Numbered from the stretch's first letter, positions 42,504-56,400 are shown. The stretch is DNA of 64,000 nucleotides from an uncultured cyanobacterium (GCA_963706595.1 OY970166.1:5216001-5280000), one strand, 5' to 3'. The notes: generated by a model not told the origin, from the letters alone. Made by a program: numbers and translations.

Positions 42504-43837
42504 TTAAAACATCCTCTTAGCATCAGGTAATAAAGTTTCAATTTCTCGTAGATTAGGTAAACTATAAGCAGATATTCCTACAATAATTAAACCCACCGAA
42601 GAAAGTGTATATAAAAGAGCAATTCCACTCCCATTTCCTACTCCAAAAATTCCACCAAAAATTCTAGTTAAGAATCCTCCTGGCTCCATCGCTGGTGTAA
42701 ACAGTTGGTCAGTTAAAAACCCTGCTATTAATTTCGCCAGAGGAGAAGCAACACCAATTAAAGCGGAACTAGTAGCAATGATTCGTCCCTGTATATTCGC
42801 TTCTACTTTGGTTATTATAATTGCTTGTTTAGCACTACCCATAATCGGAAAACTAATTGAGGATAGGAATTGAGTGGGAAACCAAATTAATAGGTTTTGT
42901 CCCATACCAAACACAGTTTTACTTAACCGGCTCCCATTATACTCCACAAAAATAAATCGATTTTTCTACCTTTAATTTGCCATACACTAATAACTATTGA
43001 ACCAAAAATGCCACCAATTCCTGCTGCTGCACTCACTATTCCTAAAAGTTGAGTATCATTGCCACTGCGCGCCAAAATCATCGGTGAATAAAGAGTTTTG
43101 CCAATATCATGGGAAAATTGGAAAAGGGCTGCAATTATTATCAATGAGAGCAAACTGGGGCGAGTGAAGATATATTCAAAACCAAATTTAATTTGCTGCC
43201 ACAGAGAGGAACGAGGTTTAATTTCTGTTGGTGAAGGAGAGGTGGATAGAGGATGAGGAATAGTTACAAATAAGACAGTTGTAACAGCAACTATAAAAGT
43301 TAGGATATCAACACACAGGATTCCTAATAAATCTACAACCGGATATAAAACACCAGCAACTGCTGGAGCAATAATTACAGAACCATAATGTAATGCCGAA
43401 CCCATGCCACTGGCGCGAGTATAACCCTCTGGGGGAACAAGCATTGTAATCGAAGCAGTATAAGCAAGTTTCTGTAAACGTGCAAATGCACCATTAAACG
43501 CCCCTGTCAAGTACAAATGCCAAAGTTCTAAATTATCCGTAAGATAAAGTAACAATATGATCATGGTTGAGCAGCCTACTACTGTATCCCCCAGAATCAT
43601 TAACTTTTTACGGGAAAACTGATCGGCGATCGCCCCAGCCAGTGGAGAAATTAGCAAAGCTGGCACTTCTGTAAAAAATGCCAGTAATGCAATGGGAGTT
43701 GCTTGTCCGGTCGAGTTCCATAGCCAAATCGTGAGTGCAAAGCGAGTCATATAGCTACCAATTGTGGAAGCCATTTGACCACTCCAGACAATTATAAACG
43801 TGCGCCAATTGGTGGGTGGGGTTAAAAACTGCATCAA
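42504..43837 (-). pseudogene. MFS exporter (MefA/EntS-like) split by a 1-bp deletion near 42925
   Basis: N-part has FIIVWSGQMASTIGS and AGAIADQFSRKK. IMGAG continues as LSKTVFGMG in the adjacent frame, with QGRIIA in the C-part. Confidence 0.8.
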
Positions 43838-43908
43838 TATTTGATTCTATTTATTGCTATAGATATGCATTAACTTGTGTAACTTATGATATTCTATGCC
43901 ATATTGGC

Positions 43909-43928
43909 AATTGAGAATAGTTTTGATT
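43909..43928. promoter_or_regulatory. Possible Fur-box-like AT-rich site in the divergent MFS/PKS promoter region
   Basis: TGAGAATAGTTTTGA matches 10 of 14 positions of the 7-1-7 TGATAATnATTATCA consensus; weak in AT-rich DNA. Confidence 0.25.
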
Positions 43929-44370
43929 ATTTTACTGGTTTTCATCTAGTCCGGTTCCGGACTTAACCCCTGAGAACCAGCATAACCCCGTGTTGGAATC
44001 GTATTTCTATCCGGTAATTGAGATAATTTCTTAATTTTTATCTTAAAATATCGGCAAATTGATGCTAGTATTCTATGAGTCAATTGAAAGTAACTTCTAA
44101 GAGTGAACGAGCAATTGGTAGGCAGGAGCAAAAATAACTATGGTTGACGTGAGTTTAACCGGATCACCTTTGATGCGATGCTTCACTCAACTGAAGCCAC
44201 GTCAGGGGGTTTGATTGTGCTAGTTGAAGTCAAGCATCAATGATTTAACTGATTTAACTGATTTACGAATGTGCCATAAGTCTCATCGTTCATTGATGAG
44301 TAATAAGATCGCGCTTTTGTCGTTGCGATCGCCTTTATCTCTATAAAATTTCCTTAATTCCCTTACTGCA

Positions 44371-47300
44371 ATGACTCCTCTGAAAGAGATCGCGTCTTTA
44401 CCGTTTGTAGCAACTCTGGTGAGTTTATTAACCCATCGAGCCAAACATCAACCCCTAGAAATTGCTTTTACCTTTCTCAATTATGGGGAAACTGAATCGA
44501 CGAGTTTAACCTATGCAGAATTACATCGTGCGGCTTGTAGTTTAGCAGTGCGGTTACAAACTCTAAATTTAGTAGGAGAACGCGCTCTCATCTTGCATCA
44601 ACCAGGATTCAACTACCTGATCGCTCTATTCGGATGTTGGTATGCAGGAGTAGTTGCTGTTCCCGCTTATCCACCACGCAATCAGCGTAACGCCGGTAGG
44701 ATTCAAAGTATTGGGGTTGATGCACAAGTATCGGCAGTTTTCACAGAAGAAAACAATTTGGCTAATACTCGTCAATGGTTAGAACCGGTTTTGGATATCC
44801 AACACTTGCACTGGTTCACACCCAAAGAATTTTTTATAGACTGTGCAGACATCTGGGAACATCCGCCCATTCATGACAATACCCTTGCCTTCTTACAATA
44901 CACTTCTGGTTCAACAGGAAATCCAAAAGGAGTCATGCTGACTCACCGCAACTTATTAGCTAACTCGGCGGTGATTCAGAAAAAAATTGGCAGTAGTTCG
45001 GAAGATGTGGCTGTGACTTGGCTTCCCCCGTATCACGATATGGGCTTGATTGGAGGTATTCTTCACCCTCTTTATATAGGATGTCACTGTATCTGGATGA
45101 GTCCGGTTTCCTTTTTACAACAACCACATCGTTGGTTAAAAGCAATCTCTGATTATAGAGGGACAATCAGTGTTGCTCCTAATTTTGCTTATCAATTGTG
45201 TCTCGATAAAATTTCCTCTGAACAACGACAAAGCCTAGATTTAAAGACTTGGCGCGTGGCTTTGACTGGTGCTGAACCTATCCGTCCTCAAACTTTAAAA
45301 CAATTCTCTCAAGTCTTTGCTGAGTGTGGCTTTGAATATAAAAAATTCTATCCCTGCTATGGGTTAGCAGAAGCAACATTAATAGTTACCGGCGGCGATC
45401 CTGAAACATCACCAGAGATGCAGAATTTTAGTATTACTGCACTGAGGGAAAATCGCGCGGTTTCCACTGATGATCCCACAGATATGCAAACTTTTATTAG
45501 TTGTGGTCAACCGCCCCAAGCACAAGAAATTGTGATTGTGAATCCTGAAACATTAGCCAGGGTTCAACCCCATGAAATTGGTGAAATTTGGGTAGCTAGT
45601 GAAAGTGTTGCTCAAGGCTATTGGGGAAAAGACAAAGAGACAGCACAAACCTTTCAAGCCTATCTGCCAGATATTCCCAACCAACCGTTTCTCCGGACAG
45701 GGGACTTAGGAACTTATCAAAATGGAGAACTCTATGTTACGGGCAGATGTAAGGATATTATTATTATTCGGGGTCGCAACTATTATCCCCAAGATATTGA
45801 ACAAACAGTAGAACAAGCCCATTCAGGACTCAGAAAAAACTGTGGCGCAGCGTTTGGGATTACTCATTCTGAGATTGAGCAATTAGTGGTTGTGCAAGAA
45901 GTTGAACGAAATTATCGTCATCAGCCATTAGAACCCATAATTAAGGCAATTCGGGAGGCTATTTCTCAGCAGCATAATTTACAAGTTGCTAGTATTGTTT
46001 TGATTAAACCGACCACAATTCCTAAGACATCAAGCGGTAAGATTCAGCGTCAGGCGTGTCGGCAGATGTTCTTGGATGGGGAGTTAGAGATTTTAGATCA
46101 ATGGCATTTAAAGACTCAAGGACAAACAGCCTCGACCTACTCGGTAACAGATGTTCAGAGTTGGTTGGTAGCTAAATTAGCAGAAATACTTCATTGTTCT
46201 CCACAAGAAATTGATATTTATGCTGAATTTGCTAGTTATGGTTTAGATTCTGTGGCAATGGTAAGTTTAAGTGGTGAGTTAGAAAACTGGCTAGAAACAA
46301 GTTTAGATCCAACCTCAGCATACAATTATCCGACGATCGCTTCCCTCTCTAACTATCTCAGTCAACCTCATTCCCCTGTTTTCACTGCTACCGAAAACAC
46401 GCGATCGCGCAATACTGAAACCATTGCCATTATTGGGGATAGTTGCCGATTTCCACAAGCAGATACCCCGGAAGCCTTTTGGGAACTGTTACGCAGTGGC
46501 AAAGATACTGTGAGCGAGAAACCGTGCGATCGCCCTAACATCAGTATGCCCGGTAATTTTTTAAAGGACGTTGCTGCTTTTGATGCTGAATTTTTCCGTA
46601 CTGCCCCCCGTGAAGCCAAATATCTTGATCCCCAACAACGTCTGCTTCTAGAAGTTACTTGGGAAGCCCTAGAACGAGCAGGTATTGCCCCTGCTTCTTT
46701 AGCTGGAAGTAAGACAGGAGTATTTATTGGCATCAGCAGTCATGATTATTTTCAACTCCAGTCCGCCAACGTTGTTAATGCTTACACCGCAACGGGAAAC
46801 GCCCATAGTATTGCTGCCAACCGCATTTCCTACTTCTTAGACTTACAAGGGCCGAGTCTTGCTGTCGATACCGCCTGTTCTTCTTCTTTGGTGGCGGTTC
46901 ATTTGGCTTGTCAAAGTTTGCAGCAACAAGAGTGTGATTTGGCAATTGTTGGGGGAGTGAATCTGATTCTTGCCGATGCTTTAAATACTGGACTGGCTGC
47001 GGGGAATATGATTGCCCATGATGGACGTTGCAAAACCTTTGCTGCTAGTGCAGATGGTTATGGCAGAGGAGAAGGCTGTGGGGTCGTGATTCTCAAACGA
47101 GTCAGTGAAGCACAGGGCGATCGCATTTTAGCTGTGATTTCAGGGTCTGCCATCAACCAAGATGGACGCAGTAACGGCTTAACTGCCCCCAATGGACGCT
47201 CTCAACAAGCGGTGATTCGCCAAGCCCTTGCCAACGCCAGTGCAACTCCTGACCAATTAGGGTACATTGAAGCCCACGGCACAGGAACACCATTAGGAGA

Positions 47301-50300
47301 TCCTATTGAAGTTGCTGCCATCCAAGCTGTGTTATCCACCGGAGAACGGCAACAGCCCTGTCTTCTCAGTTCAGTGAAAACCAATATTGGACATCTAGAA
47401 GCAGCCGCAGGTATTGCAGGTTTAATCAAAGTCGTACATTCATTACAGCATCAAGAAATTCCCCAGCATCGACTATGGGATGAACTCAACCCACATCTGC
47501 GACTAGATTCACACACAGTAAAAATTCCCACTGTCACCCATCCTTGGTCATCAAGTCAGCCCTTGATGGGAGTCAGTTCTTTCGGCTTTGGTGGAACCAA
47601 TGCTCATGTTATTGTTGCTCCACCACCCCCTGCGCTACAGCCAGAACCGGAAATAGAGCGATCGCGCCATATATTCACCCTGGCGGCGAAAACCGCAACG
47701 GCACTGCAAACGCTAATTCAACGCTACCAAGATTATCTCAAAGATAATTCTGAATCTGTCCTGGCTGATATTTGTTTTACAGCCAACCTCGGACGCTCCC
47801 CATTTGCTCATCGTATAGCAATAACAGCAGCCAGTATTGCAGAACTGCAACAACAACTAGCTCAAGTTCTTCCCCACCCTTGCCATCGACAAACTTCTCC
47901 CAAAATAGCCATGCTGTTTACTGGACAAGGATCACAACGTCCCAATCTAGGTCGGCAGCTGTATGAAACACAACCAGTTTTTCGGGAAGTTTTAGATCAG
48001 TGCGATCCCATTTTACAAGAAATATTACCAACATCATTACTAACGGTACTGTATGGCGGAGATACTTCTGACATCCATCAAACTAGCTACACGCAACCTG
48101 TTTTATTTGCTGTTGAATATGCTTTAGCAAAACTATGGCAGTCTTGGGGCGTTACCCCTGATGTAGTTTGCGGACACAGCATTGGCGAGTATGTAGCAGC
48201 CTGTTTAGCGGGAGCATTTTCATTAGAAGACGGGCTAAAGTTAGTCACAGCACGCGGAAAATTGATGGCTAGTATCTCCACACCAGGAGAGATGCACGCA
48301 GTTTTTGCTGAGGAAGCAATAGTTAGGGAAGCAATCACCCATCATCCCCAAGTTGCCATTGCTGCAATTAATACACCCCAACAAGTGGTCATTTCTGGAG
48401 AAGACAACGCTGTTTCTGCTGTATTAGAACAACTTCATACCCAAGGAATCACTACCAAAGCCCTGAAGGTATCACAAGCCTTTCATTCTCCTCTCATGAA
48501 CCCGATTTTAGCGGAATTTCGAGACTTTGCCAGCCAAATTAAGTTCTCTCCTCTGCAACTACCTCTAGTATCTAATGTCACCGGAACAGTCCAAGCCCCA
48601 GGAACCATTTTAGACGCTGACTATTGGTGTCGTCATTTACGAGAAACAGTGAATTTTGCACCAGGAATAAAATCTCTCCCACCGTGGGGTATTGATATTT
48701 TCTTAGAAGTGGGATCCCATCCTACCTTATCAGCATTAGTACAACAAACACTACCGCAAAATACAGCTTTTTATTTACCCTCTTTACATCACCAGCGAGA
48801 TGATTGGGAACAACTATTAGATAGTTTAGCCCAGATGTATTTACAAGGAGTCAAGATTGATTGGGCAGGTTTTGATGCCCCTTATACTCGTCAAAAAATC
48901 ATCTTACCCACTTATCCGTTTGCTAAATCACATTATTGGTTAGATACAACTTCCTATCCCCAGCAATTTCCCTTTAAAGAACTGAGGTTTCAACTAGAAA
49001 TTGCTCCAGAAGCATTTGCATTAGTTCCAGAGTTGCCCCTTTCTGCTTATCAAGATATCGCCAAAACAGCAGGGAATTTATTTTTCCCAACTCAGCCATA
49101 TCAGGTTGATAAATTAATTATTGAAACACCATTAGTTTTAGACCAAAATAAAATATTGCAAGTTGTAGTGACTCCTGAAAAATCCCTAAAAGCAACTTGG
49201 CAGTTATTTAGTCAACAGGGAGAAGATTGGTTATTGCACGCTTCAGCTACCTTGCTTTCTATGACTGAAGCCGAAAAATATGACATTAAATCTCCCACAG
49301 AAGTATGTGAGAACCTTACACCATTTATAGACGAAATTAACCAAGTTTATCAACTTAATCACTATCAAGAAATTCATCACCAATTAGAAAATTTCAGCGT
49401 TGTATATATCTTAAACGCACTACATACTTTAGGTAAAAATCTAGAAATCAATGAGATATTTTCCACAAGGGAACTTATTCAAGAACTATCAATTGTAGAA
49501 CAGCATCATCAACTTTGCCAAAGACTCCTAGAAATTCTCGCAGAAGAGGGCATTTTAGAAAGTACAGAAAACGGTTGGCAAGTGCTAAAAAATCCTCATA
49601 TTTCCCATCCCGATGTAAAAATAAATTCGCTGATCCATTCTTATCCTGAAGCACTTGCTGAACTGACACTTTTACAAAACTGTGGCTCAAATTTAGCCGC
49701 CGTTTTACAAGGGAAATGCGATCCCTTAAAACTGATTTTTCCTGATAATGATGTCAGCCTGGCCACACAACTCTATCAAGATTCACCTCCGGCGAAGGCA
49801 ATGAATGATTTATTGCAAAAAGTCTGCGTAAGTGCATTAGAAAAATTTCCGCAAAATCAAATTATTCAATTCCTAGAAATTGGCGCAGGAACAGGGGGGA
49901 GTACCGCTTATATATTACCCGATTTAGCCCAACGTGCGGCACAATATACCTTTACTGATGTTGCTCCTTTATTCCTGTTCAACGCTCAGAAAAAATTTGC
50001 CGAATATTCCTTTATTTCTTATCAACGCTTAGATATTGAACAAGACATCACAGCACAAAATTTTCCTCAACACAACTACAACATTATTATTGCAGCCAAT
50101 GTGCTTCATGCCACAGAAAACTTAACTGTCAGCCTCCAACAGATCAAACAACTGTTAGCCCCCAACGGATTACTGATTTTATTAGAAGGAACACAACCAA
50201 CACGCTGGTTAGACTTAATTTTTGGCTTAACCACAGGTTGGTGGCGATTTAATGACCAATGGCGCAGCAATTATCCTTTACTGTCAGCATTACAATGGCA

Positions 50301-50883
50301 AACCTTACTAGAAAGTAGCGGTTTTCGGGAAGTTAGTACAATTACGCCCACTTCTCAACAAGGGATCATTATTGCCCAAAATGAAGAGTTTGAGGTAAAA
50401 CTACAGCCTATTTCAGAGAATCAGCAGAATCAGTGGCAAATCGAAAAAGAAGAAGCTCAAGCCTTTCTTAAAAAGTATCAAACTGCATCATTGAGCGAAC
50501 ATATTCCTTTACTAGAAACCTATGTTTGTACCAAAATTGCTAAAATTTTGCGTCTTTCTTCACCTGAAATAATTGATATTAATCAACCTTTTTTAGAGTT
50601 AGGAATGGATTCCCTGACAGCAGGGGAATTGGCAAATGATCTAGAAGAATATCTGGGAATTTCTCTTACTTCTACCCTCGCCCTTGAATATCCTACCGTT
50701 AGTGCCTTGGTTGGAGAACTGGAAACAAAGTTATCTGCAACAGTCGATAAACCACACTCTATCCCTGCTTTAACAGAAACTCCGTTACGCAATCAACCCA
50801 GCGATACTACAGAGCAAGAGTTAGAACAGCTTTCAGAAAAACAACTTGATGCCCTTCTTAAAGAAGTAATCCAAGAAGAATAA
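44371..50883 (+). CDS. Starter PKS: FAAL-ACP-KS-AT-(DH remnant)-methyltransferase-ACP
   Basis: [37 protein letters not shown] (FAAL); YGLDSV (ACP); [20 protein letters not shown] (KS); GHSIGE, AFHS (AT); [15 protein letters not shown] (MT); LGMDSL (ACP). No KR motif. Confidence 0.93.
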   Translation: MTPLKEIASLPFVATLVSLLTHRAKHQPLEIAFTFLNYGETESTSLTYAELHRAACSLAVRLQTLNLVGERALILHQPGFNYLIALFGCWYAGVVAVPAYPPRNQRNAGRIQSIGVDAQVSAVFTEENNLANTRQWLEPVLDIQHLHWFTPKEFFIDCADIWEHPPIHDNTLAFLQYTSGSTGNPKGVMLTHRNLLANSAVIQKKIGSSSEDVAVTWLPPYHDMGLIGGILHPLYIGCHCIWMSPVSFLQQPHRWLKAISDYRGTISVAPNFAYQLCLDKISSEQRQSLDLKTWRVALTGAEPIRPQTLKQFSQVFAECGFEYKKFYPCYGLAEATLIVTGGDPETSPEMQNFSITALRENRAVSTDDPTDMQTFISCGQPPQAQEIVIVNPETLARVQPHEIGEIWVASESVAQGYWGKDKETAQTFQAYLPDIPNQPFLRTGDLGTYQNGELYVTGRCKDIIIIRGRNYYPQDIEQTVEQAHSGLRKNCGAAFGITHSEIEQLVVVQEVERNYRHQPLEPIIKAIREAISQQHNLQVASIVLIKPTTIPKTSSGKIQRQACRQMFLDGELEILDQWHLKTQGQTASTYSVTDVQSWLVAKLAEILHCSPQEIDIYAEFASYGLDSVAMVSLSGELENWLETSLDPTSAYNYPTIASLSNYLSQPHSPVFTATENTRSRNTETIAIIGDSCRFPQADTPEAFWELLRSGKDTVSEKPCDRPNISMPGNFLKDVAAFDAEFFRTAPREAKYLDPQQRLLLEVTWEALERAGIAPASLAGSKTGVFIGISSHDYFQLQSANVVNAYTATGNAHSIAANRISYFLDLQGPSLAVDTACSSSLVAVHLACQSLQQQECDLAIVGGVNLILADALNTGLAAGNMIAHDGRCKTFAASADGYGRGEGCGVVILKRVSEAQGDRILAVISGSAINQDGRSNGLTAPNGRSQQAVIRQALANASATPDQLGYIEAHGTGTPLGDPIEVAAIQAVLSTGERQQPCLLSSVKTNIGHLEAAAGIAGLIKVVHSLQHQEIPQHRLWDELNPHLRLDSHTVKIPTVTHPWSSSQPLMGVSSFGFGGTNAHVIVAPPPPALQPEPEIERSRHIFTLAAKTATALQTLIQRYQDYLKDNSESVLADICFTANLGRSPFAHRIAITAASIAELQQQLAQVLPHPCHRQTSPKIAMLFTGQGSQRPNLGRQLYETQPVFREVLDQCDPILQEILPTSLLTVLYGGDTSDIHQTSYTQPVLFAVEYALAKLWQSWGVTPDVVCGHSIGEYVAACLAGAFSLEDGLKLVTARGKLMASISTPGEMHAVFAEEAIVREAITHHPQVAIAAINTPQQVVISGEDNAVSAVLEQLHTQGITTKALKVSQAFHSPLMNPILAEFRDFASQIKFSPLQLPLVSNVTGTVQAPGTILDADYWCRHLRETVNFAPGIKSLPPWGIDIFLEVGSHPTLSALVQQTLPQNTAFYLPSLHHQRDDWEQLLDSLAQMYLQGVKIDWAGFDAPYTRQKIILPTYPFAKSHYWLDTTSYPQQFPFKELRFQLEIAPEAFALVPELPLSAYQDIAKTAGNLFFPTQPYQVDKLIIETPLVLDQNKILQVVVTPEKSLKATWQLFSQQGEDWLLHASATLLSMTEAEKYDIKSPTEVCENLTPFIDEINQVYQLNHYQEIHHQLENFSVVYILNALHTLGKNLEINEIFSTRELIQELSIVEQHHQLCQRLLEILAEEGILESTENGWQVLKNPHISHPDVKINSLIHSYPEALAELTLLQNCGSNLAAVLQGKCDPLKLIFPDNDVSLATQLYQDSPPAKAMNDLLQKVCVSALEKFPQNQIIQFLEIGAGTGGSTAYILPDLAQRAAQYTFTDVAPLFLFNAQKKFAEYSFISYQRLDIEQDITAQNFPQHNYNIIIAANVLHATENLTVSLQQIKQLLAPNGLLILLEGTQPTRWLDLIFGLTTGWWRFNDQWRSNYPLLSALQWQTLLESSGFREVSTITPTSQQGIIIAQNEEFEVKLQPISENQQNQWQIEKEEAQAFLKKYQTASLSEHIPLLETYVCTKIAKILRLSSPEIIDINQPFLELGMDSLTAGELANDLEEYLGISLTSTLALEYPTVSALVGELETKLSATVDKPHSIPALTETPLRNQPSDTTEQELEQLSEKQLDALLKEVIQEE

Positions 50884-50944
50884 GCTAAAACTTCTCACTC
50901 TTTAACCATTTTTTCTAAATCCCTGAACTATTTCCCTACTCAAG

Positions 50945-53419
50945 ATGGCTCAATTACCACAAGATATTGCTAATTTATCCGAATCAGAAAAACGTACCCT
51001 TTTAGCCAAACTACTAGCGAAAACAGGGCAGTCTGTGCAAACTTTTCCTTTGTCTTTTGCCCAACAACGGTTATGGTTTATCGATCAAATGGAACCGGAA
51101 GACTGCGCCTATAATATTCCTGTCGCAGTGCGTCTCACAGGTCAACTCAAGGTAGCTGTTTTAGAACAAAGCGTTAATGCCTTGATTGAACGCCATGAAA
51201 CCCTCCGCACCTCTTTCATCACAATTAAGGGAGAACCGAAACAGGTAGTTGTACCTAAACTCACTATCACCATTCCCTTGATTAATTTGCATGGTGTGGA
51301 AGAAGAAGCAACAGTAATTAACCAGTTTGCCCGTGAAGAAGCGCAAACACCTTTTCATCTCAGTCAAGCTCCTTTGCTGCGGGTGAAGTTATTGCAAATT
51401 CATCCAACAGAACACATCCTCTTGCTAACCATGCACCACATTGTGTCTGATGGTTGGTCGATGGGGATATTAGTGCGAGAATTGGCAATCCTCTACGAAG
51501 CATTTTCCCAAGGTAATCCCTCTCCATTACCTAAACTCCCGATTCAGTATGGGGATTATAGCGTTTGGCAACGTCAATGGTTGCAAGGAGAGGTTTTAGA
51601 CTCTCTCTCATCTTATTGGAAACGGCAATTAGGAGGCAGCAAGACCGTTCTTCCTCTCCCCAAGGAGAGTTCGTTGGAGAAGGGAAAAACAACCCAAGGA
51701 GGAACTATATCCTTTCATTTCCCTCCAGAAAAACTACAACAACTAAAACAGATTTGCCATCAGGAAGGGGTGACATTGTTCATGTTGCTATTAGCTGCAT
51801 TTAAGACGCTGTTATGGCACTACACAAATGCAGAAGATATTACCGTGGGAACAGATGTCGCCAATCGTAATCGCTCAGAAACTGAAACGTTAATTGGCTT
51901 TTTTGTCAATATTTTAGTTTTACGCACCGATCTTTCCCAAAATCCCACCTTTCGGGAACTCTTGCAACGGGTACGACAAGTTGCACTAAAAGCATACGCC
52001 CATCAAGACTTACCGTTTAGCAAGTTAGTAGAGGAATTGAAACCCGAACGAAAAGCGGGTCAAACTCCTTTATTTGAGGTGCTGTTTGTGTTACAAAATA
52101 CACCTTTACCTAAATTTAAAACCTCTGATTTACAACTAGGTGCGATCGCCATCAATGATCAAACTTCTAAATTCAATTTAGGGTTCTTTGTCGCGGAACG
52201 AGAAAGCGGTTTATTAGGCACATGGCGTTATCGCTCAGAGTTATTTAATTCTAGCACGATTGAACAAATGTCAATGCGCTTCACCGCATTATTAAACAGT
52301 GTCATTGCTAACCCTAACACTAGACTAAAACAACTTGATTTCCAAACTCCAGCCGAAAAAGATCAGAAAATGAAACAACAGCAAAAAAGCAACCCCATTA
52401 GGATTAAATCTTTGAAAACAATTAAGCCAAAACTAGTTAATATTAATCATAGTTCTTTGGTGAAATTCGATTATTTAGATCAGAATAAACTCCCATTAGT
52501 GATTCAACCTGCTGTTACAGATGTGGATTTAGTTAGTTGGATAGAACAGCATCGAGACTATATTAATACCGAACTACTCAAACACGGCGGGATTTTATTT
52601 CGAGGATTTAATATCCAAACTGCTGCTGATTTTCAAACTGTAGCAGAAGCTATTTCCACCTTATTTGATGAATACAACGACTTACCCAGAGAAAACTTAA
52701 CACATAAGGTTTACGGTGCAACGCCTTATCCGGCTGATTTACCAATCTTATTTCATAATGAAAGTTCTCATATGCACCGCTTTCCCCAAAAAATTTGGTT
52801 TTTCTGTTTGAAAGCAGCCCAAGCAGGTGGAGAAACTCCTATTGTCGATTGTCGCAAAATTTATCAACGACTAGACCCGAAGTTACAAGAAAAATTTGCT
52901 CAGAAAAAACTCATGTATGTGCGTAACTATATCCAAGATTTAGATGTTCCTTGGCAAGAATTTTTCCATACCAATGATAAAACAGAAGTTGAATTATTTT
53001 GTCGCCAAGCGGGAATGCAATGGGAATGGAAAGCAGAAAATATACTGCACACATCACAAATTAGTCCAGCAATTATTGAACATCCCAAAACAGGAGAAAA
53101 ATCCTTTTTTAATCAAATTCAATTGCACCATGTTTCTTGTTTAGACTCTCAAGTAAAAGAATCTTTACTGTCTCTCTTCTCCCAGAATGATTTACCTCGC
53201 AACGTACTTTATGGCGATGGTACTCCCATTGAGGAGGAAGTTGTGCAAGAAATTATGCAAATTTACCAAGAAGAACAGTGTAGTTTTCCTTGGCAAGAAG
53301 GAGATGTTCTCATGCTAGATAATTTAACAACTGCTCACGCGAGAAATCCTTATGTGGGAGAGCGAAAAACAGTTGTTGCTATGGGAGAAATCATTAATCA
53401 ATCAGAAGTTAATTTTTAA
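50945..53419 (+). CDS. NRPS condensation domain fused to a TauD/SyrP-like Fe(II)/2-oxoglutarate beta-hydroxylase
   Basis: SFAQQRLWF, HHIVSDGWS; then HGGILFRGF, FHNESSH, GGETP, WQEGDVLMLDN...HARNPY. Confidence 0.92.
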   Translation: MAQLPQDIANLSESEKRTLLAKLLAKTGQSVQTFPLSFAQQRLWFIDQMEPEDCAYNIPVAVRLTGQLKVAVLEQSVNALIERHETLRTSFITIKGEPKQVVVPKLTITIPLINLHGVEEEATVINQFAREEAQTPFHLSQAPLLRVKLLQIHPTEHILLLTMHHIVSDGWSMGILVRELAILYEAFSQGNPSPLPKLPIQYGDYSVWQRQWLQGEVLDSLSSYWKRQLGGSKTVLPLPKESSLEKGKTTQGGTISFHFPPEKLQQLKQICHQEGVTLFMLLLAAFKTLLWHYTNAEDITVGTDVANRNRSETETLIGFFVNILVLRTDLSQNPTFRELLQRVRQVALKAYAHQDLPFSKLVEELKPERKAGQTPLFEVLFVLQNTPLPKFKTSDLQLGAIAINDQTSKFNLGFFVAERESGLLGTWRYRSELFNSSTIEQMSMRFTALLNSVIANPNTRLKQLDFQTPAEKDQKMKQQQKSNPIRIKSLKTIKPKLVNINHSSLVKFDYLDQNKLPLVIQPAVTDVDLVSWIEQHRDYINTELLKHGGILFRGFNIQTAADFQTVAEAISTLFDEYNDLPRENLTHKVYGATPYPADLPILFHNESSHMHRFPQKIWFFCLKAAQAGGETPIVDCRKIYQRLDPKLQEKFAQKKLMYVRNYIQDLDVPWQEFFHTNDKTEVELFCRQAGMQWEWKAENILHTSQISPAIIEHPKTGEKSFFNQIQLHHVSCLDSQVKESLLSLFSQNDLPRNVLYGDGTPIEEEVVQEIMQIYQEEQCSFPWQEGDVLMLDNLTTAHARNPYVGERKTVVAMGEIINQSEVNF

Positions 53420-53428
53420 TTAGGGGTC

Positions 53429-56400
53429 ATGATGCAAGCAATCAAAGGATATCAACTTTCTTTACAACAAAAACGACTGTGGCAATTACAGCAACAGAAT
53501 AATGGTGAATATTTTCGTCATCAAGTTGCAGTGCGATTACAGGGAAACTTAAATTTTGAAAAACTGCAAAAAGTTATTGCAAAAATTAGCCAGCAAACGG
53601 ATATTTTACGAACCATATTTCAAAAAAATGTGGGAATTAAATTTCCTTTCCAAGTAATTGCGGAGACAGGAAAATTACCTTGGGATTTTTGTAACTTAGA
53701 AGCTGTAATTGCAGATGATCAAACCCAAAAAATTGCAGAAATTTGGCATCAAGTAACTGCTGAACACCCATTCAAGGTAACTCTAATTAAGTTAGGGAAT
53801 GCTCAACATCTATTAATCATAACTCTGCCTGCTTTATGTGCAGATACAAAAACCTTAGACTTGCTAGTTAGTGCAATTCGGGATGGTTACGAAAACCTAT
53901 CATCTCTGGAGACGGAGAATATTATTCAGTATTTACAAGTCTCAGAATGGCAACATGAACTATTGGCTGAGACTGATAAAAGTTATTGGTTACAACCTCA
54001 ATTTAACCAGACATCGCAGCTAATACTACCCACTCAAACTGCATCCCCAACTGGAAATCAACAGGCTTATGATGCGGTTTTAGTGCCAGAAACACTGTCA
54101 GAAAAGTTAAAAATACAAGTTGATGATCTCGAAGATTGGCTGTTAACTACTTGGGTAGTTTTACTATGGCGATTAACCCAACAAACTGAAATTGTCATTA
54201 ACTATGGTAGCGACGGACGACCCTATGAGGAAATAGAGAAAACCTTGGGGACATTAAGTAAATGGCTACCCCTAAATGTTTCTTTGGCGGGGGCTTTAGA
54301 TTTTCAGGAATTGTTAGAACAAATTCAACTTCGTCGTCGGGAAATTTTAGACTGTCAAGATCAGTGGGACTGCAATCCACATTTAGAAGCAAATGTCAGT
54401 TTCGCTTTTCACGACTGGTCATTCCCTGGAGATGCAGATGGTGTTAGTTTCTCCCTAGAACGGTTACAAATCCAAGATTGTCCGGCGCAACTACAACTAG
54501 CTTGTCATCGGACGGACAAGGGTTTAATGCTGCAATTTCACTACAATTCTCAACAGTTCACACCCATAGCTATTGAACGTCTCCAAGAAGAATATTTTAC
54601 CCTCTTGGAAAGTAGTTTGAACCAGCCGAGAACTTCCATTGCTCATCTGAATGTTGTCGGTGAACAGGAACGTCAGCAATTACTTGTTAACTGGAATCAA
54701 ACACAACAAGACTTTGCTACTGAAGATTGTCTCCACGCAAGGATTACGCAACAAGCCCAAGCTACTCCTGGGGCAATCGCACTGCGGTTGGGAGAACAAT
54801 TCTTAACCTATCAGGAACTGAATGAACGCGCTAACCAACTTGCCCATTATCTGCAACAACAGGGTATCGGCACAGAAACCCTAGTGGGAATTTGTCTCGA
54901 ACGGTCTTTAGAAGGGATCATCAGCTTGTTGGCAATTCTCAAGGCGGGTGCTGCCTATGTTCCTCTTGATCCAGGAATGCCCCCACAACGGTTGTCTCTG
55001 ATGTTAGCAGATGCCCCAGTGGCACTGGTTTTAACCCAGTCTCAATGGTGTGACAAATTACCAGATACAGTGACTCAGGTGTGCTTAGATACCCAGTGGC
55101 GGATAATTGCGGAACAACCCACCCACAACCCAAACACAGAGGTGAAAATCCATCATCTGGCTTATGTCATCTTTACCTCCGGTTCTACGGGGAAACCGAA
55201 AGGTGTGGCGGTGGAACATCGTGGGATTATGAATTATGTCGATGGCATCATAGAACGGTTGCAACTTCCTCCAGGTGCGAGTTACGCCACAGTTTCGACT
55301 CTAGGGGCAGATTTAGGCAATACAGCAGTGTTTAGCGCCCTTTGTACGGGGGGAACCTTACACATCTTTTCCCAAGAACAGGTAAGTGATCCTGTTGCTT
55401 TTACTACCTATTGCCAGTCCTATCCCATTGATTGCCTGAAAATTGTTCCCTCTCATTTAGCCGTACTTTTATCTACAGGTAAGACAGAGGATATTCTCCC
55501 GAAACAGCAACTTATCTTAGGGGGAGAAGTGGCAACTTGGGATTTAATCGAGCAAGTGCGGGAAAATGCCCCGAATTGTCAAATTTTTAACCATTATGGT
55601 CCGACAGAAAGCACTATTGGGGTGTTGACCTATCTGGTGACAGAAAAAGTCCCTACCAGTAAAACTGTACCTTTGGGTCGCCCACTCCCAAATATCGAAA
55701 TTTATCTGTTGGATCAAAATTTACAGCCCGTTCCTATTGGTGTTCCTGGTGAAATCTATATTGGCGGTGCGGGATTAGCCAGAGGGTACTACAATCAGCC
55801 AGAATTAACTGCCCAGAGGTTTATTTCTCATCCCTTTCAGGAGAATTGCCGCCTTTATCAAACGGGAGATCAGGCTTGCTATCACCCTGATGGCACATTG
55901 GAATTTTTAGGGCGCGTTGACCAACAGATCAAAATTCGGGGTTTTCGCGTTGAACTAGGGGAAATTGAAGCTCAATTAAGGGAACATCCCCAGATTGAAG
56001 AAGCAGTAGTTGCCTATCGGACTGATGAGTGGAATGGCCAACATCTTGATGCTTATTTTGCCCCTGGTTGTTTGAGTGGTGAGGAAATTCGCAACTTTTT
56101 GCGCGATCGCATTCCAGAATACATGATTCCCAGCACATTCACACCCTTGTCAGTCTTACCCCGCACCGCCAGTGGCAAAGTAGATCGTCAGTCTTTACCT
56201 GCACCCAATCTCACCAACGAACAACAGGATTATATTGCTCCTCGTAATTCCATTGAAAGTGCGATCGTGGAGATTTTGTCCGAACTGTTGCACTTAGAAC
56301 AAGTCAGTATTAACGCTAACTTTTTTGATTTGGGGGGACATTCTCTGTTAGCCACCCAAGTCATGTCCCGCTTACGCAGTACTTTTGGAGTGGAAATTCC

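Noticed and set aside
43946..44131. 61-aa ORF in the cluster promoter region as a leader or MbtH-like peptide
   Set aside because: No MbtH Trp motifs, a non-ATG start and no recognisable features.
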